From Octopus sinensis (lineage: Eukaryota): DNA of 64,000 nt. Of the stretch, positions 12,281 through 24,500 are shown piece by piece; position 1 is the stretch's first letter, and each line of letters begins with the position of its first letter. The notes beneath the pieces were generated by a model. That model saw only the letters and a program-made list of their open reading frames with translations. It ran no database searches and had not been told where the DNA came from. The stretch is taken from positions 153,512,001 through 153,576,000 of the forward strand of contig NC_042998.1 in the NCBI RefSeq assembly GCF_006345805.1, read 5' to 3'. Both the position numbers and the translations under genes were made by a program.

Positions 12281-15200
12281 TCTGGAACCAACAGAATTTC
12301 TTTATTCCCTTATAAAAAGGTTTACATAGATGGGACACAACAAAGACAGACAAAAGACATGTAGGGGACGGACATACATTCTTACACATATGATTTAAAA
12401 ACGAATGAAGTTACAATTACAAATGAAAAATTAAAAATATAAATGGCGAATGATAAATTAGTTTCGGATTAATGATTTAACCTGCCGGTCATTTTTTCCT
12501 TTTTTGGTCACCTTTTCCTTATCCTTTTATTTTTTGACCGACCATGCCAGCATGGCCCCATTCAATCTTATCTTTCTTACAACTGCCATCCATCTTTTTC
12601 AAACATGCTTTACGACAGGCTCCTCCTCTCCAGACAGATCTTACTAGAGAGGTGGGCGATGAAGTAATCCACCAGCCCACGTCCGGAGATGAATTGGCCT
12701 ATCGCAATCCCTTTCGCATAAGTCTTCCATACCGTCTCTTTCAGTATGGCTACTATGCAGAGAAATACTGCCTTCTTTCCATTGGTGAACGAAGAAGGTG
12801 GTACAATCTTTATCATGGACTCAGTCGAGAGCCGTACTCTTTCCGTCTCTGACACCAGCTGTTTGGCACAGGCTATCAACCCCCTCAACTCCTCACAGTG
12901 TATGAAGGCATGCGCAACCATTTCACTGGCATGCCCCGCACCTCGGACACGTGCTGAAGGTGTCATAACCATGCCTTGACAACCTCTCCTGAACTGGTAA
13001 GGCCGATCGGTAGTACAACCAAGCCAAGGATTTCTGGAAGTTATCCAAAAATCTCGGCCTGAAGGTTCTCCCGAACAGGCTGACAAGCTGCCTCTCGTCA
13101 AAGCCTAGAGTCTCCCCCAGGACATTATTGGACTTATGCTCTACCAACCCACTATAAAAATCCACTGTGGTAATCCTGCTGCCGGCGTTGCTCACCCGAG
13201 AGAGTGAGTCAGTGCTTGCTTGCACTCCCTCTGCCATTCCCCGGACTTGGGTCTCCGTTTGATCCATGTACCTAAGTCTGCAAGGGACTTTAAATCTGGA
13301 AAAAACTGCTTGGCATACTCACCATCCAGGTAACACTAGAGGTGCCTCAGCCTCAGCGCATACTTGTGCATCATCAGCCAGGGCATCCCCAGCCCACCCG
13401 TTAACGGTTTTAAACAGCAGAAGTGGCATTTTCCTTTTCCACACAAAGTGAAAAAGGATCCGTTCCAACTTGCTTAGCCACAAACCGTGGCAAGGCACAA
13501 CGGTTAGGCGGTAGTTTACCACGGATGCTATAAACACCTGTGCAACCTCCGCCCTTCCCAACAAGGATAACTTCCTCCCAAACCAAGTCTGGATTATGGC
13601 CGTCATCTTGTTCGCCACCTCACTCTAGTTCTTCTCCACCTGGAGGTCCGGTCCAAACCAGACCCTGAGTATTTTAACCGGGCCCTTCGTCTAGTGCCCA
13701 ACAATGCTGTTGGGAGGCATCAATTTGCCCCACCAGGTGCCGAGTTGCAAGCCGACTGATTTTTCCTGGTTAATTTTAGCTCCTGCTACCATCTTGTATC
13801 TTCTGATGGCGTCTTCTACACAAGGTAGCTGCCCTTCATCAGACATGGTGATGGTGACGTCATCCGCATATGCCGTCACACTTCTTCCGTAACACAGATC
13901 ACGCGGGTCCACCCCCGTGTCCCTCACCCTCCACAGTAGTGGCTCAAGAGCCAACACATACAGTAGTGGGGACAGGGGGCAGTCCTGGCGAACCGAACGC
14001 TCGATCGCAAAGGGGTTCAAAAAGAACCCATTCACCCAGACTACAGATTCGATATTGCTATTACAGGGCTTTGATCCAGCTCCTGAAGGTCGGGGCCAAT
14101 CTGACCACTTGAAGGACTGCTACCATATACTCGTGGTCCACCCTATTGAATGCCTTAGACTGGTCTAGATTCACCAGTGCCCTACCCTTGCCAGGAATTT
14201 TACCCACCCACACTATTTGTAGTGAATGAAGTGAAGGTTGTCGTGTATTGTCCTTCCTGGGATGGCACATGTCCGTGCCTCTCCAACCAGGTTGCCCACA
14301 ATAATCCTCACTCTCTTAGCCAACACCATGGCCAAAATCTTTAACTCTGTGTTTAGCAGAGTTATGGGCCAGAAGTTAATATTATCCCCCTTGCTCAGGT
14401 CCTTCCTGATCAGTGTCAGCACTCCTCAGCTCACAGCCTGGGAATTTTCCCATTCTGCTGCCAATTCATGTACACACTGGCCAGTACGTTCCCAAACAAG
14501 TCTGGCATACTACTATAAAATTTGTTAGGTAGACCATCCAGTCCCAGCGATATGTCCCCAGGGCACTCAGAAAGCACCTCTATGACCTCCTTGGCTGTGA
14601 TCTGTCCTTCACAGTGCTCAGCATCGCATGCCAAAGACGTGGGCCGCTGGCCAGGAAACCCCATAGTCTACCGTCCCATCCTTCCCGAACAACACGGCGA
14701 AGTGCCTCGCATATCTCTTCCTGTCCGTGCTCATTTACCACAGACCCAATTGTAGCATCTATTCCACATAGGGTTTCATCTGAGTGGGCCCATCCAGCAA
14801 CATTAATACCTTCATGGCCCATTGCACGAATTCTAGCTCGGACTCTGCATCCTTCGTGTTTGGCATTGAGGTGTTGGTCTAATGCCACTCTTGCTGCCAA
14901 CACTTGTGAAGCTGAGCCCGTTCTCAATACCTCTTCTAATGCCTTAACTAATTCCCTTTTTACTCTAGTCTGCTCTAGGCTTAACTGTTTGCTAAATCTA
15001 ATAGACTCAATTCGAAAAAGGCTCTTTTGAGGGCACTCCCCCACTGCTTGTTGATCGCAGAGCTGGTTAGTGCCCGCTTAACTAACACCTTAATCTGGCT
15101 ACGGTAAGCTTCGCAATCCAATAATGTTTTGTTCAGCTTCCAATAGCCAGATCCCTGTCTATGAACCTTATCTATGTACACCCTATACATCACTAATTTG

Positions 15201-16090
15201 TGATCCATGTAGGGTACGTATGTAAAATGTGGATAGCTAAAACTATCCTTATCTCTAATACTTACTCATCATCATCATTGTTCGACTATCCTGTCTATGT
15301 AAGACCTGATAGCCCAAGTCCACATTGGAATGCTCGGATTGTCAAGTCTATATCGATCTGCCAGCATGAAATGCTTCAGCAGATCGATAAGGCATGAGTT
15401 CCCCTTTCTATTAATTGAGCCTACGCTATCCAGGCATGCATCCAGTATAGCGTTAAAGTCCCCTAATACAACTACTGTCCTTGATGTCACCAGGTTGTTC
15501 TCCAGGCATTGATAGAAGTCATTCTGTTTGCCTAAATTCCCAGGCACGTAAATGCCAACCAACCAGATGGCCTTACCTCAGTATGTCAGATCCAGAACGA
15601 CCGACTCGCCTTCTGGGTCCACAAAGATAGTATGTGTCTGCATGGCCAGGCTTTTTCAGATCAAGACCGCTACCCCTCTGATCCCCCCACCTCCTGGCTA
15701 GGAGATATTATCTTCTTGTAGTCGTTTAGGAGGGCTGAGAAGGCCTGCAGCTTGTCCAGCCTGGTCTCTGTAGCAACCATACCGTGTGACCTGAGGTCGT
15801 CGAGAAGGCATTTTTCTTTTTTAAACCAAAAATTTCGCACAAAAAGTAGTAACAGTTTCTCCCGAACGGGAGCACAGTTCAATATCGCACAAGAATTTTA
15901 CAAACAATAACTTTAAACACAATATCCTTCTCCCAAAGGGGGAGGATCGCTGTTCACAATGTATAAGTACAGAAAAATAATCCAACAATGTTTCCCTTAC
16001 GGGAAACCAACAAACACAAATATAACAATAACGCAATATTAACAACTGACCTTACAGTGAAAGCAATCAAATAAGAATGGAAGAAAGTAA
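12281..16090 (-). mobile_element. Tx1/L1-clade LINE, ORF2 (APE-RT-zinc knuckle) pseudogene, no ORF1 seen
   Basis: APE: ATETRL, LGDFNAILD, DHKLV, GSGYWKLN. RT: NLDQSKAFNRVDH, SVRQDCPLSPLLY, AYADDVTI. C-terminal CPRCG...HAFIHC. 3' UTR with AATAAA ends at 12281. Confidence 0.9.
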
Positions 16091-16497
16091 GTCTGGAACC
16101 AACAGAATTTCTTTATTTCCTTATAAAAAGGTTTACATAGATGGGACATAACAAGGACAGACAAAAGACGTGTAGGGGACAGACATACATTCTTACACAT
16201 ATGATTTAAAAACGAATGAAAAATTAAAAATATAAATGGCGAATGATAAATTAGTTTCAGGTTAATGATTTAACCCGCTGGTCATTTTTTCCTTTTTCGG
16301 CCACCTTTTCCTTATCTTTTTATTTTTTGACCGATCGTGCCAGTATGGCTCCATTCAATCTTATCTTTCTTACAACTGTCATCCATCTTTTTTCAAACAT
16401 GCTTTGCGACAAGCTCCTCCTCTCCAGACGGACCTTACTAGAGAGGTGGGCGATGAAGTAATCCACCAGCCCACATCCGGAGATGAATTGGCCTGTC
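16091..16497 (-). mobile_element. Second, 5'-truncated copy of the same Tx1-like 3' end
   Basis: Highly similar by eye to 12281-12700; both begin gtctggaaccaacagaatttc on the + strand. Confidence 0.88.
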
Positions 16498-17219
16498 ACA
16501 TGTGAGCATAAAAGCAATAATTCTAAATCTGACAAAAAAAAAAATTGCTTGGTGCTGTTGAGAGATGCAATTTTATGATTAAAAACTAAATTCAAAATTT
16601 AAATTTTGGAACACACATACAATACTTACTTGCTCTTTCCTAAAATAAGATTAGTTTTCAATACCTCACTGAAATAATGAAGTTTACAATGGCAATATAT
16701 ATGTATGCCTATTTGTGTGTGTCTTTAATGGCCAGTGGTCAATCTAAGATCGCTGTGCTCAGTCATGTATTGAAAGAAGGAATTTGAACTATCAATCTCT
16801 TTATCTATCTTTATATACATCCATACTCTCTCTCACAAACATGCACACACACACATACACAGATACATACATACATTTTTTGGAGTCTTATGTTGTTTCT
16901 GTCAATGTCCCAAAAAGAACAACAATTAATTCTTATAGGAATTGTGGTTGCTTTGGGAATGGGGAGTAGTGTTTTTTAATTGAATGAATTAATGTCACTA
17001 ATGTAGTTAAAAGTAGTTATTTATCAAAAAAATATTGTTAATTGAAAGAGAGCCTCTGCATGCAAGATTGCTGAGAGGAAGGGGGAGTCCCTATATTGAG
17101 TGCGACATACCCTTCATAGCAGGAGGATCCTATGTCCATGGGAGCCTGGGGCAATTGCCCTCTTTGACCCCCTATAAACCAGGCCCTGGTACAACCTAAT
17201 CCATGGTTCACATATTTCA

Positions 17220-18010
17220 ATGAAGATCGCAAGGGAATTTTGGGCTGCTTTTGACAAATGCTTCCCAAAATCAAATAGATATCACATCATTTTTGATAGA
17301 CACACTGTGAAGGTATCATACATTAACTGTATTAATTTAGAGCAGCATATGAACCACATTAATAACAGAAAAACAAACCAAGCGTTGAATAACCTAACTA
17401 AAGCATATGATGTGTGAACTACTTCTGGTCAGACAAATAGGAATGACAGCAAATATATACAACAAAATGACAAGAAAGGATATACCATTCAGAATGAAAA
17501 CCACCTGCTGCAACCACATCATGACAGCAATAATAATAGCAATTTAGCCAACATGGTTACAGTGTTGGAAAATAAAGTCAGCACTGCCACAAATCCAAAA
17601 TTTAATAAATGCTCATGCAGAGAAAAAACAAAATTCCCATTGATGAAACTCTATACAAGTACCAATATTGTATATAAGTACACACAAGGGGCAGACCATC
17701 TGTTTACATTGGGGTAATGGTTGATTTGTTCAAGAACCATTATTGTAACCCAGTCACCGACTTCAAGAAAATCAACAAAAGGCATTTGACATTTTGGCTG
17801 ATTTTGTGTGGCGAAATAAGGAAGATAAAACTGAATATGATTTAACATGGTCCATAATAAGAAATGCACGACCACACAATATCCTTTCCAGGAGATTAGA
17901 CTCTGCTCCAAGGAATCACTGTCTATTATGTGGGCCAATGAGAAGATCATTAACAGGATTTCTAAAAGACTATCAAGATGCTTGCATATTTGTTGTATAT
18001 ATTTTTTGTG
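17220..18010 (+). mobile_element. Penelope-like element, C-terminal/GIY-YIG remnant
   Basis: FDRHTVKVSY, CSCREK..PL, YDLTWSIIRNARPHN, LCSKESLSI motifs; degenerate. Confidence 0.7.
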
Positions 18011-18409
18011 TTTACATCTTGTGGTGAGTGATACTTCTTTATAAAATGCACTTTTACACAATGAAGTCAGAATGAATTTTTGTAATCATTGACCAAATTA
18101 ATAACCACGCACTGATGAATTACCCTCCTCATTCTTATAAACATGATGTCACACTAGTTACCAATATAACTGTGTTACTCTTTGGCCATTGTATACCAAT
18201 TAATGTGAGAAAAATACCAACTTCAGCTTCTCAAGAACCCCACCACAGATTCTGTGACTCCTCACCAGGCAGAGTTGTATCACTAGCCACATTTAGGCAC
18301 CGACTTTATGAATATCTATTTAATTCACTGGATGTGCGCTAAATCATGCACATGCATATGTGAAAGATTGTACAAGCGAGTGTATGTGCACCAAAGAACA
18401 TAAGCAAGA

Positions 18410-19390
18410 GCATTTGTACATCCATATTGGTTATATCTAATACTTATTCACTTTATTGTGCATGTATTTCTTTTTGCCACCATGGAAGCCAGGCAAGGTG
18501 GTGCTGGCATCGACCACGTACGGATGGTGCTTTTTACGTGCCAGGGGAGGCTGGCAATGGCCACGATCGGTTGGTGGTTTTTACGTGCCACTGACACGGA
18601 AGCCAGTCAAGGCGGCGCTGGCAACAGCCACAAACGGATGGTGCTTTTTACGTGCCACCGGTACAGGTTTCAGGGTAGGCTGGCAACGGCCACGATCGGT
18701 TGGTGCTTTTTACATGCTACCGGTGCGGAAGCCAGTCAAGGCGGCACTGGCATCGACCACGTACAGATGGTGCATTTTACATGGCACCGGAACAGGTATC
18801 GGAACTACAATTTCCATTTGATTTTTTGATGCTGATGTACTTGACTCAATAGGTCTCCTCAAGCACAGCAGGTCGCCCTATGATCTAAGGCACTTTGGAA
18901 GGGCTGGGGCCTCTATGTGAAGCTGGTGCAGGTAACAGCCATGAACTCACATTATATGTTGGGTCTTTGCAGTCACAGCATATCTCCAGAGGTCTCGGTC
19001 TTCCGTCATTGCCTCTGTGAGACCCAACATTCGAAGGTCATGCTTGACCACCTCATCCCATGTCTTCCTGGGTCTACCTCTACCCTGGATTCCTTCAACT
19101 GTTTGGGAGTGGCACTTCTTCACACATCTCTCCTCATTCATCCGTAGTACATGACGATACCAGCGCAGACGTCTCTCTTGCACGCCATATCCAATGCTTA
19201 TGTCCAGCATTTCTCTCAGGGCACTTACACTCTGTCGTGTATGCACACTGACATTAAACATCCAGCGGATCATGCTAGCTTCATTTCTTTCAAGTCTACG
19301 CATGTCCTCTGCAGTCACAGTCCATGTTTCACTACTGTGAAGCATGGCAATTCGCACACATGTGTCGTACAATCTACCTTTCACTCTGAG
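18410..19390 (-). mobile_element. RTE-clade LINE 3' fragment with tandemly repeated 3' UTR
   Basis: KGRLYDTCVRIAMLHSSETW...RRLRWY.HV.RM...[17 protein letters not shown]; 3' UTR has ~60-70 bp units containing atggtgcttttacgtgcca (18470-18800). Confidence 0.88.
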
Positions 19391-19710
19391 TGAGACATAT
19401 ATATATATATATATATGAGTGTGTGTGTCTCTCTCTCTCCCTCTATATATATATGCATATAAGTGTACATAAGTATATATTTGTATATATATATATATAT
19501 GCTTGAATAAAGCATATTACTCTACCACTGGTATTTGAGTACTCTTTTTTCCACCTTGTTTCACATTTATGTGTTTACTCCGGTATATATATATATACTA
19601 GGTCTGATCAACAAGTATCTGACGATTAAGGACGATTAGGCTACTATTTTTAGCAGTTCAAGAAATCACATAAAGGTTTCGACTTTGTTGTCTTAACCTT
19701 ATATTTCTTG

Positions 19711-19724
19711 ATTTCCATGGCAAC
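19711..19724 (-). promoter_or_regulatory. Putative RFX X-box
   Basis: Minus strand GTTGCCATGGAAAT, 13/14 match to GTTGCCATGGAAAC, in non-repetitive-looking DNA about 0.8 kb upstream of the DNAJB11 ATG. Motif match only. Confidence 0.35.
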
Positions 19725-20531
19725 AAATAGATGCAACTTCCGTAATTTTGACAACGGAGGTTAACAATTGGCTAAAAGTAAATAACTCAAAATGTTTGTA
19801 ACTTTATTATTAATTTCTAGGAAAAAATGAATGCGATTTTCATCGTCAACATACGAAAGTACATTAGCGTAGAAAATCTGAAAAACAATCAAGTGAAAAT
19901 TTGAAATATTTAAAATGGTTGGAAGAAATTTAACAAGATCCCCTTTCTCATTCTGTCTTGGCTTACAAGCTTTAAATTTTGAAGAGCGCCTTAAGAAAAA
20001 TGTTCAGGAAATAGAATCACTCAAATCTACCCTGAAAAAAATGTATAAAAAAGATGTTACCACCATAATTATAATTTACATAACCGAAAGTTTTTTCTGT
20101 AAAATTTCTGAGGAAACTAAGTTAGACTGTTGGGGGCACTAAACTGTAGTTAGACAGTTGTTTCATCTTTACAACATAACTTTCAAAACCGTGAATGTAT
20201 AGTGAGTAATTTCTCAGTTCCATTTTGAAGCTTCGCAATATCAATTCAAACTAAATTTTCGTCAGATAAAAAGTCTAATTGTAAGAAAATTAAAAAGACA
20301 AGCGGTATTAACGATACCCTGACTCCATTTGTATCACTATAACCGAACATAACAATGCAGCAAAATTCATTATTTCATTACTTTCTTTTTAAAACGTAAT
20401 AATCTAATAATTTATAAAATATTCAGAAATATTATACATAATTTTTTAATTGACGTTTTAAATCTATCTATTTGCTTTTATTGGACTTGATTTTTAATTA
20501 TTTGGTGCATATCTCAACATTCGTGCTGACG

Positions 20532-20602
20532 ATGGCGTCGTATACTAACATGCTGGTATTGTGTCTCAACATCTTTCTTATGTTTCTGCATGTCATGGCT
20601 GG
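20532..20602 (+). CDS. DNAJB11: DNAJB11 exon 1 (signal peptide)
   Basis: ATG at 20532, 23 mostly hydrophobic codons plus GG, donor GG|gtaaga. Phase 2 joins exon 2 to give ...VMAG-RDFY, matching human ...VIAG-RDFY. Confidence 0.88.
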
Positions 20603-21456
20603 GTAAGAATACAATTTTTAACGATTTAATTAGTTTACAAATATAATGTTTATTTAATATTGCTATTGCGTCTGGTTTTCTATCGTACTAAATATGAAAC
20701 TAAGTACTTTGTTACGGAATGTTATTTAGAGAACTGTAGATGCTTCATTATTGTAAGTTTAGTTCATTACCTTTGTCTGTTGCACTGGTTTGCCTTGGCT
20801 TCAAACAAATACCAGTAATAAAAAGAAGAAATTGTTGAATACCTTTCCACGTTGTGGAATGCTTCTGCCTTATCTAAAAATAAATAAACCATTAATATGC
20901 AACTATTGTTGCGAATGTTAGCTGTTAAATTTGAAAAAATTGTAAATTTTCAAACTAAGATCTAAACAATTTTGTTTGGTGTAAGACATTTCGAAAATTG
21001 GCTATAAACTATTGTAACTAATACAAAAACAACTTTATTGACCGCTGTATGATCGTTTCTAGAAACAAAATAGTGGGGGAAGACAACTAACTGTAAGATC
21101 TTCATGTACAAATTTATTTAGCTATTGTAAGATTATCATTCAGAATAAAAGGAGTTGGAAATGAAAAATTAAATGAGTAAAATCGTGTTTTGTCAAAGCA
21201 TTTTATAAGAGTTGACTAGCAGACAGCTACTTGAATGCTTGCGTGTTGCTTTATCATTGGCTGAGCCACACATTATGCCGGCTTGATAGTTTTGCACATC
21301 ACTTACCGACGGATCGGTAAATAGTCAACGTTCCTTTCTTCCTTTCAGCGAGGATAGTGTTGAAAATAGTTCAGCAGGGTTTTTTTCGCCAAAATAACCA
21401 ATCTTAAGTATCTTGATTATGCATCAATGTGCATACGTTGTTTGTAATATACGAAA

Positions 21457-21520
<64 letters not shown>

Positions 21521-21529
21521 TTATATATA

Positions 21530-21569
<40 letters not shown>

Positions 21570-24500
21570 CGGAGATGTACCTGCATAGCGAGTGACTTGA
21601 TATGAGATTGTGTGCTAGAACGAAAACAATTGCAGCGTGGAAGGTGTTTATAACCCATTTAAGAAACACACAAAACCGTTAGATTCACTTCAAGATTTAA
21701 ATTTAATTTGTCAAAATATTTTCGTCGCCTTGAGACCGTGACCTGTTTACTGACAAAACTAGTTATCTCTGCCGAATCACTTGAGCCCATGGGTATATCT
21801 AATTTAGTAGGAGCGTATTTATTAAAATGCATAAGTAGAGAAATCCCCGAATTACAAGGGGATTTATATAGAGATGATGCTTTAGTTATCGCACCTAGTA
21901 GCAACAAATCTGTAATTGAGAGAATAAGAAAGAAAATTAGTAGATTTTTCAAAGATTTCAACTTAGGCATTACTTATGAATATAACACCAAGATAGTTAA
22001 TTTTCTAGATGTTACCTTACACTTAAATTCAAAGTTATATCACCCATTTAGAAAGGAGAGTGAAGTTACCAGATACGTAAATAAAATCAAATAAACCAAA
22101 TGGGGTGGTAATCGCTGTCTTCGGTATATCATTTTCTGCAACAGGAATTTGATTGTATGCTCTGACTAAATCAATTTTTGAAAAAATAGTACAACCACTC
22201 AAAGAAGTTGCAAATTCCATAATGTGTGGTATTGGATATTTGTCTACTTTTGTTTTTGCATTAAGTTGCCTGAAGTCTCCACAAGGTCGCCAGTCTATAA
22301 GATTTTTCTTTACCATAACTAATGGCGTTGACCAGCTACTACTGGAAGGATGGATTATACCGAGATCCATCATATGACGAAATTCTGCCTTAGCCACCTT
22401 CAATTTTTCAGGAGATAATCTTCTCGGCTTAGAAAAACTTGGTGGTCCTTGTGTGACGATGTGATGTTCTACCGAATACACACACTTGGTATTTAGAGCT
22501 AACTGTTTCGTGATATTTGGATAATTCTTCAAAATCCTGTGATATCTATTTTCCGAGGATGCTATGAAATACAATGGACTGACTGTGCTTTTTCTGCATC
22601 TCATTCCTTGAATTTTTAATGAAGTTTCTGTGTCTATCAATTTTTGTTTTTTAACATCTACCATTAAATGATAGTGTGCCAAAAAATCCGCTCCTAATAT
22701 TGGATATGGTAAATCTGCTACTATGAAGATCCATTTATACTCTCTTCTTAAATTTATATCTAGAGTTAAGTTAATCTCTCCAAATGTTTGGATTTCAGAT
22801 TGATTAACTGCTTGAAGAGTCAAATATACAGGTTTGGTATTTTGTTTTAAAAGCTTTACAGGCCAAATTGAACAAGCTGCTCCTGTATCAACTAAAAACC
22901 TTTCTTTTGAGTTTAAGTCATAGACGAAAAATACGCGACTTTTTATGATGTTATCCACAGATTTTGCCGCATCTAATCTGTGGTTGAGAAGTTTCCCGAA
23001 TTTTTCTTTTTTGTGTTTAGGAAATCAAATGCACAAGGTTTAATACATTTGAATGATTTGTCTCCAAATTTTGCATGGTACCAACATATGGCGTTTCTCT
23101 TGAAACTAGGGCTCCTTGATCTCCTGCGCCATCTTGTATTATTTCGTTGAGCAGAGCCACTGTCTCTTTTGAGTTGTAAACTTTCTATTTTTTTGTTAAT
23201 AACTCAAATTGTTTTTCGTAACTCTTTTTTAACTCCTGTATTTCATTCGAAATAGATGGAATTGCATTCACAGATTCTTTTGACGATAATTCCAGAATAC
23301 CGTCTAAATCTGCCAACTGTTGAATGGAGTTTTGGTTTTTAACGGCCGAAAGCAAAGTTTTGAGTTTTATATGACAATTTAGTGAAAAACACTTCCTTGA
23401 GATAAGATTCTTCTATCTGCTGATCTCCTGGAAGTTCATTCATCCTTCGCAGAAGTTGTGTGGGTTTTTTTATTTCCCAATTCTTCATTGTTAAATAACT
23501 TCGCAAATTCTTTTTGTTTCGAATTTGATGTTCGTTTTAATATTTCCTCTTTAATGGAAGAATACAAAACTGGTTCGATAGGGGTTAGCAGCAAATCTCT
23601 AATTTCATTACTTTGAGGTGGAGGTAAATTGTTACGCATTATATTGTATTTCTGTTCTTCATTTGTAATTTTGTTAGCTTTAAAGCTTGCCTCCAGTTGT
23701 GCCAACCAAATGACGGTGTCTCCTGTCCACGGAGGACCAGGCAATACATTCACAGAAGCTTGTGTGTAATTCCTATTGAAATATGACATCTCAAATTCTT
23801 TTAAATTCTGCTCCATTATATGTATAAATATCTTCTCAAAGGAAAAATTTTTTTTTCTTGTTATGTTACTAAGCTTTTAACAGCTCAAAATATTTTTATA
23901 TTGCTAGAAAGTGCAGCTAAAATTTTCTTTCTTCAGCATTCTTTTTGTTTCAACTTACTTTTAACTATTTGTTAATAAAATATAATTATGCAGTAATTCT
24001 GTAATTTATGTTTATTATATTATTAAATTTTCCACCAGTGTGTCGGTGTTTATAATTTTTTTTTTTTTTAAATTTTTCTATAGGGTTTTCCTATAGGCTG
24101 TTTTAGTCGGGGTCACCAATTTTCCTATGGCGGTTTTCGGTTATTCTACCTTAAGCTTTCTCTTAGGTTATATTATTTATTTTGGCTTTTCTCTGAGTAA
24201 GGGAGAATATAATGATTCAACGTCACTTATACTCAAGTGTTATCATTATACCTAAAACCCTAGTTACAGTTATAACGTCATATAGACATATACACATGAA
24301 ACGCTATATTAATGACATGTATGTTGAATATTTTAATCGTGTCCTTTAAACCGCTATAAGAAAAACATAATCAAGGATTACAGAAATGCATACTTATTTA
24401 TGCTCAGTTGAAAAACAAACGTGAAGAGAAACATTTTCTTTTTAATTATTTTTTATTATATAAATATAACATTTTATATTATTTACAGTAAGAAAGATAA

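Noticed and set aside
18470-18800. Regularly spaced repeats resembling a CRISPR array
   Set aside because: Eukaryotic RTE 3' UTR tandem units with related rather than unique spacers; also present at ~29370-29640.
19915-20142. Coiled-coil-looking + strand ORF upstream of DNAJB11
   Set aside because: No recognisable homology, weak splice sites, and an implausible position as a same-strand internal exon.
1-20500. TBCCD1 or another minus-strand protein-coding neighbour
   Set aside because: No recognisable coding exons found by eye; the donor-like sites at ~9686, ~9935 and ~16630 lack supporting frames or homology.
20300-20531. ERSE/UPRE elements expected for a UPR gene
   Set aside because: Only a lone reverse CCAAT and a TGACGT half-site; no CCAAT-N9-CCACG or TGACGTGG.
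21304-21321. Perfect hairpin ttaccga-cgga-tcggtaa in intron 1
   Set aside because: Isolated 7-bp stem with no snoRNA boxes, tRNA or miRNA-length arm.
22035-22958. Longest ORF (307 aa) as a host gene
   Set aside because: It is Gypsy protease-RT.
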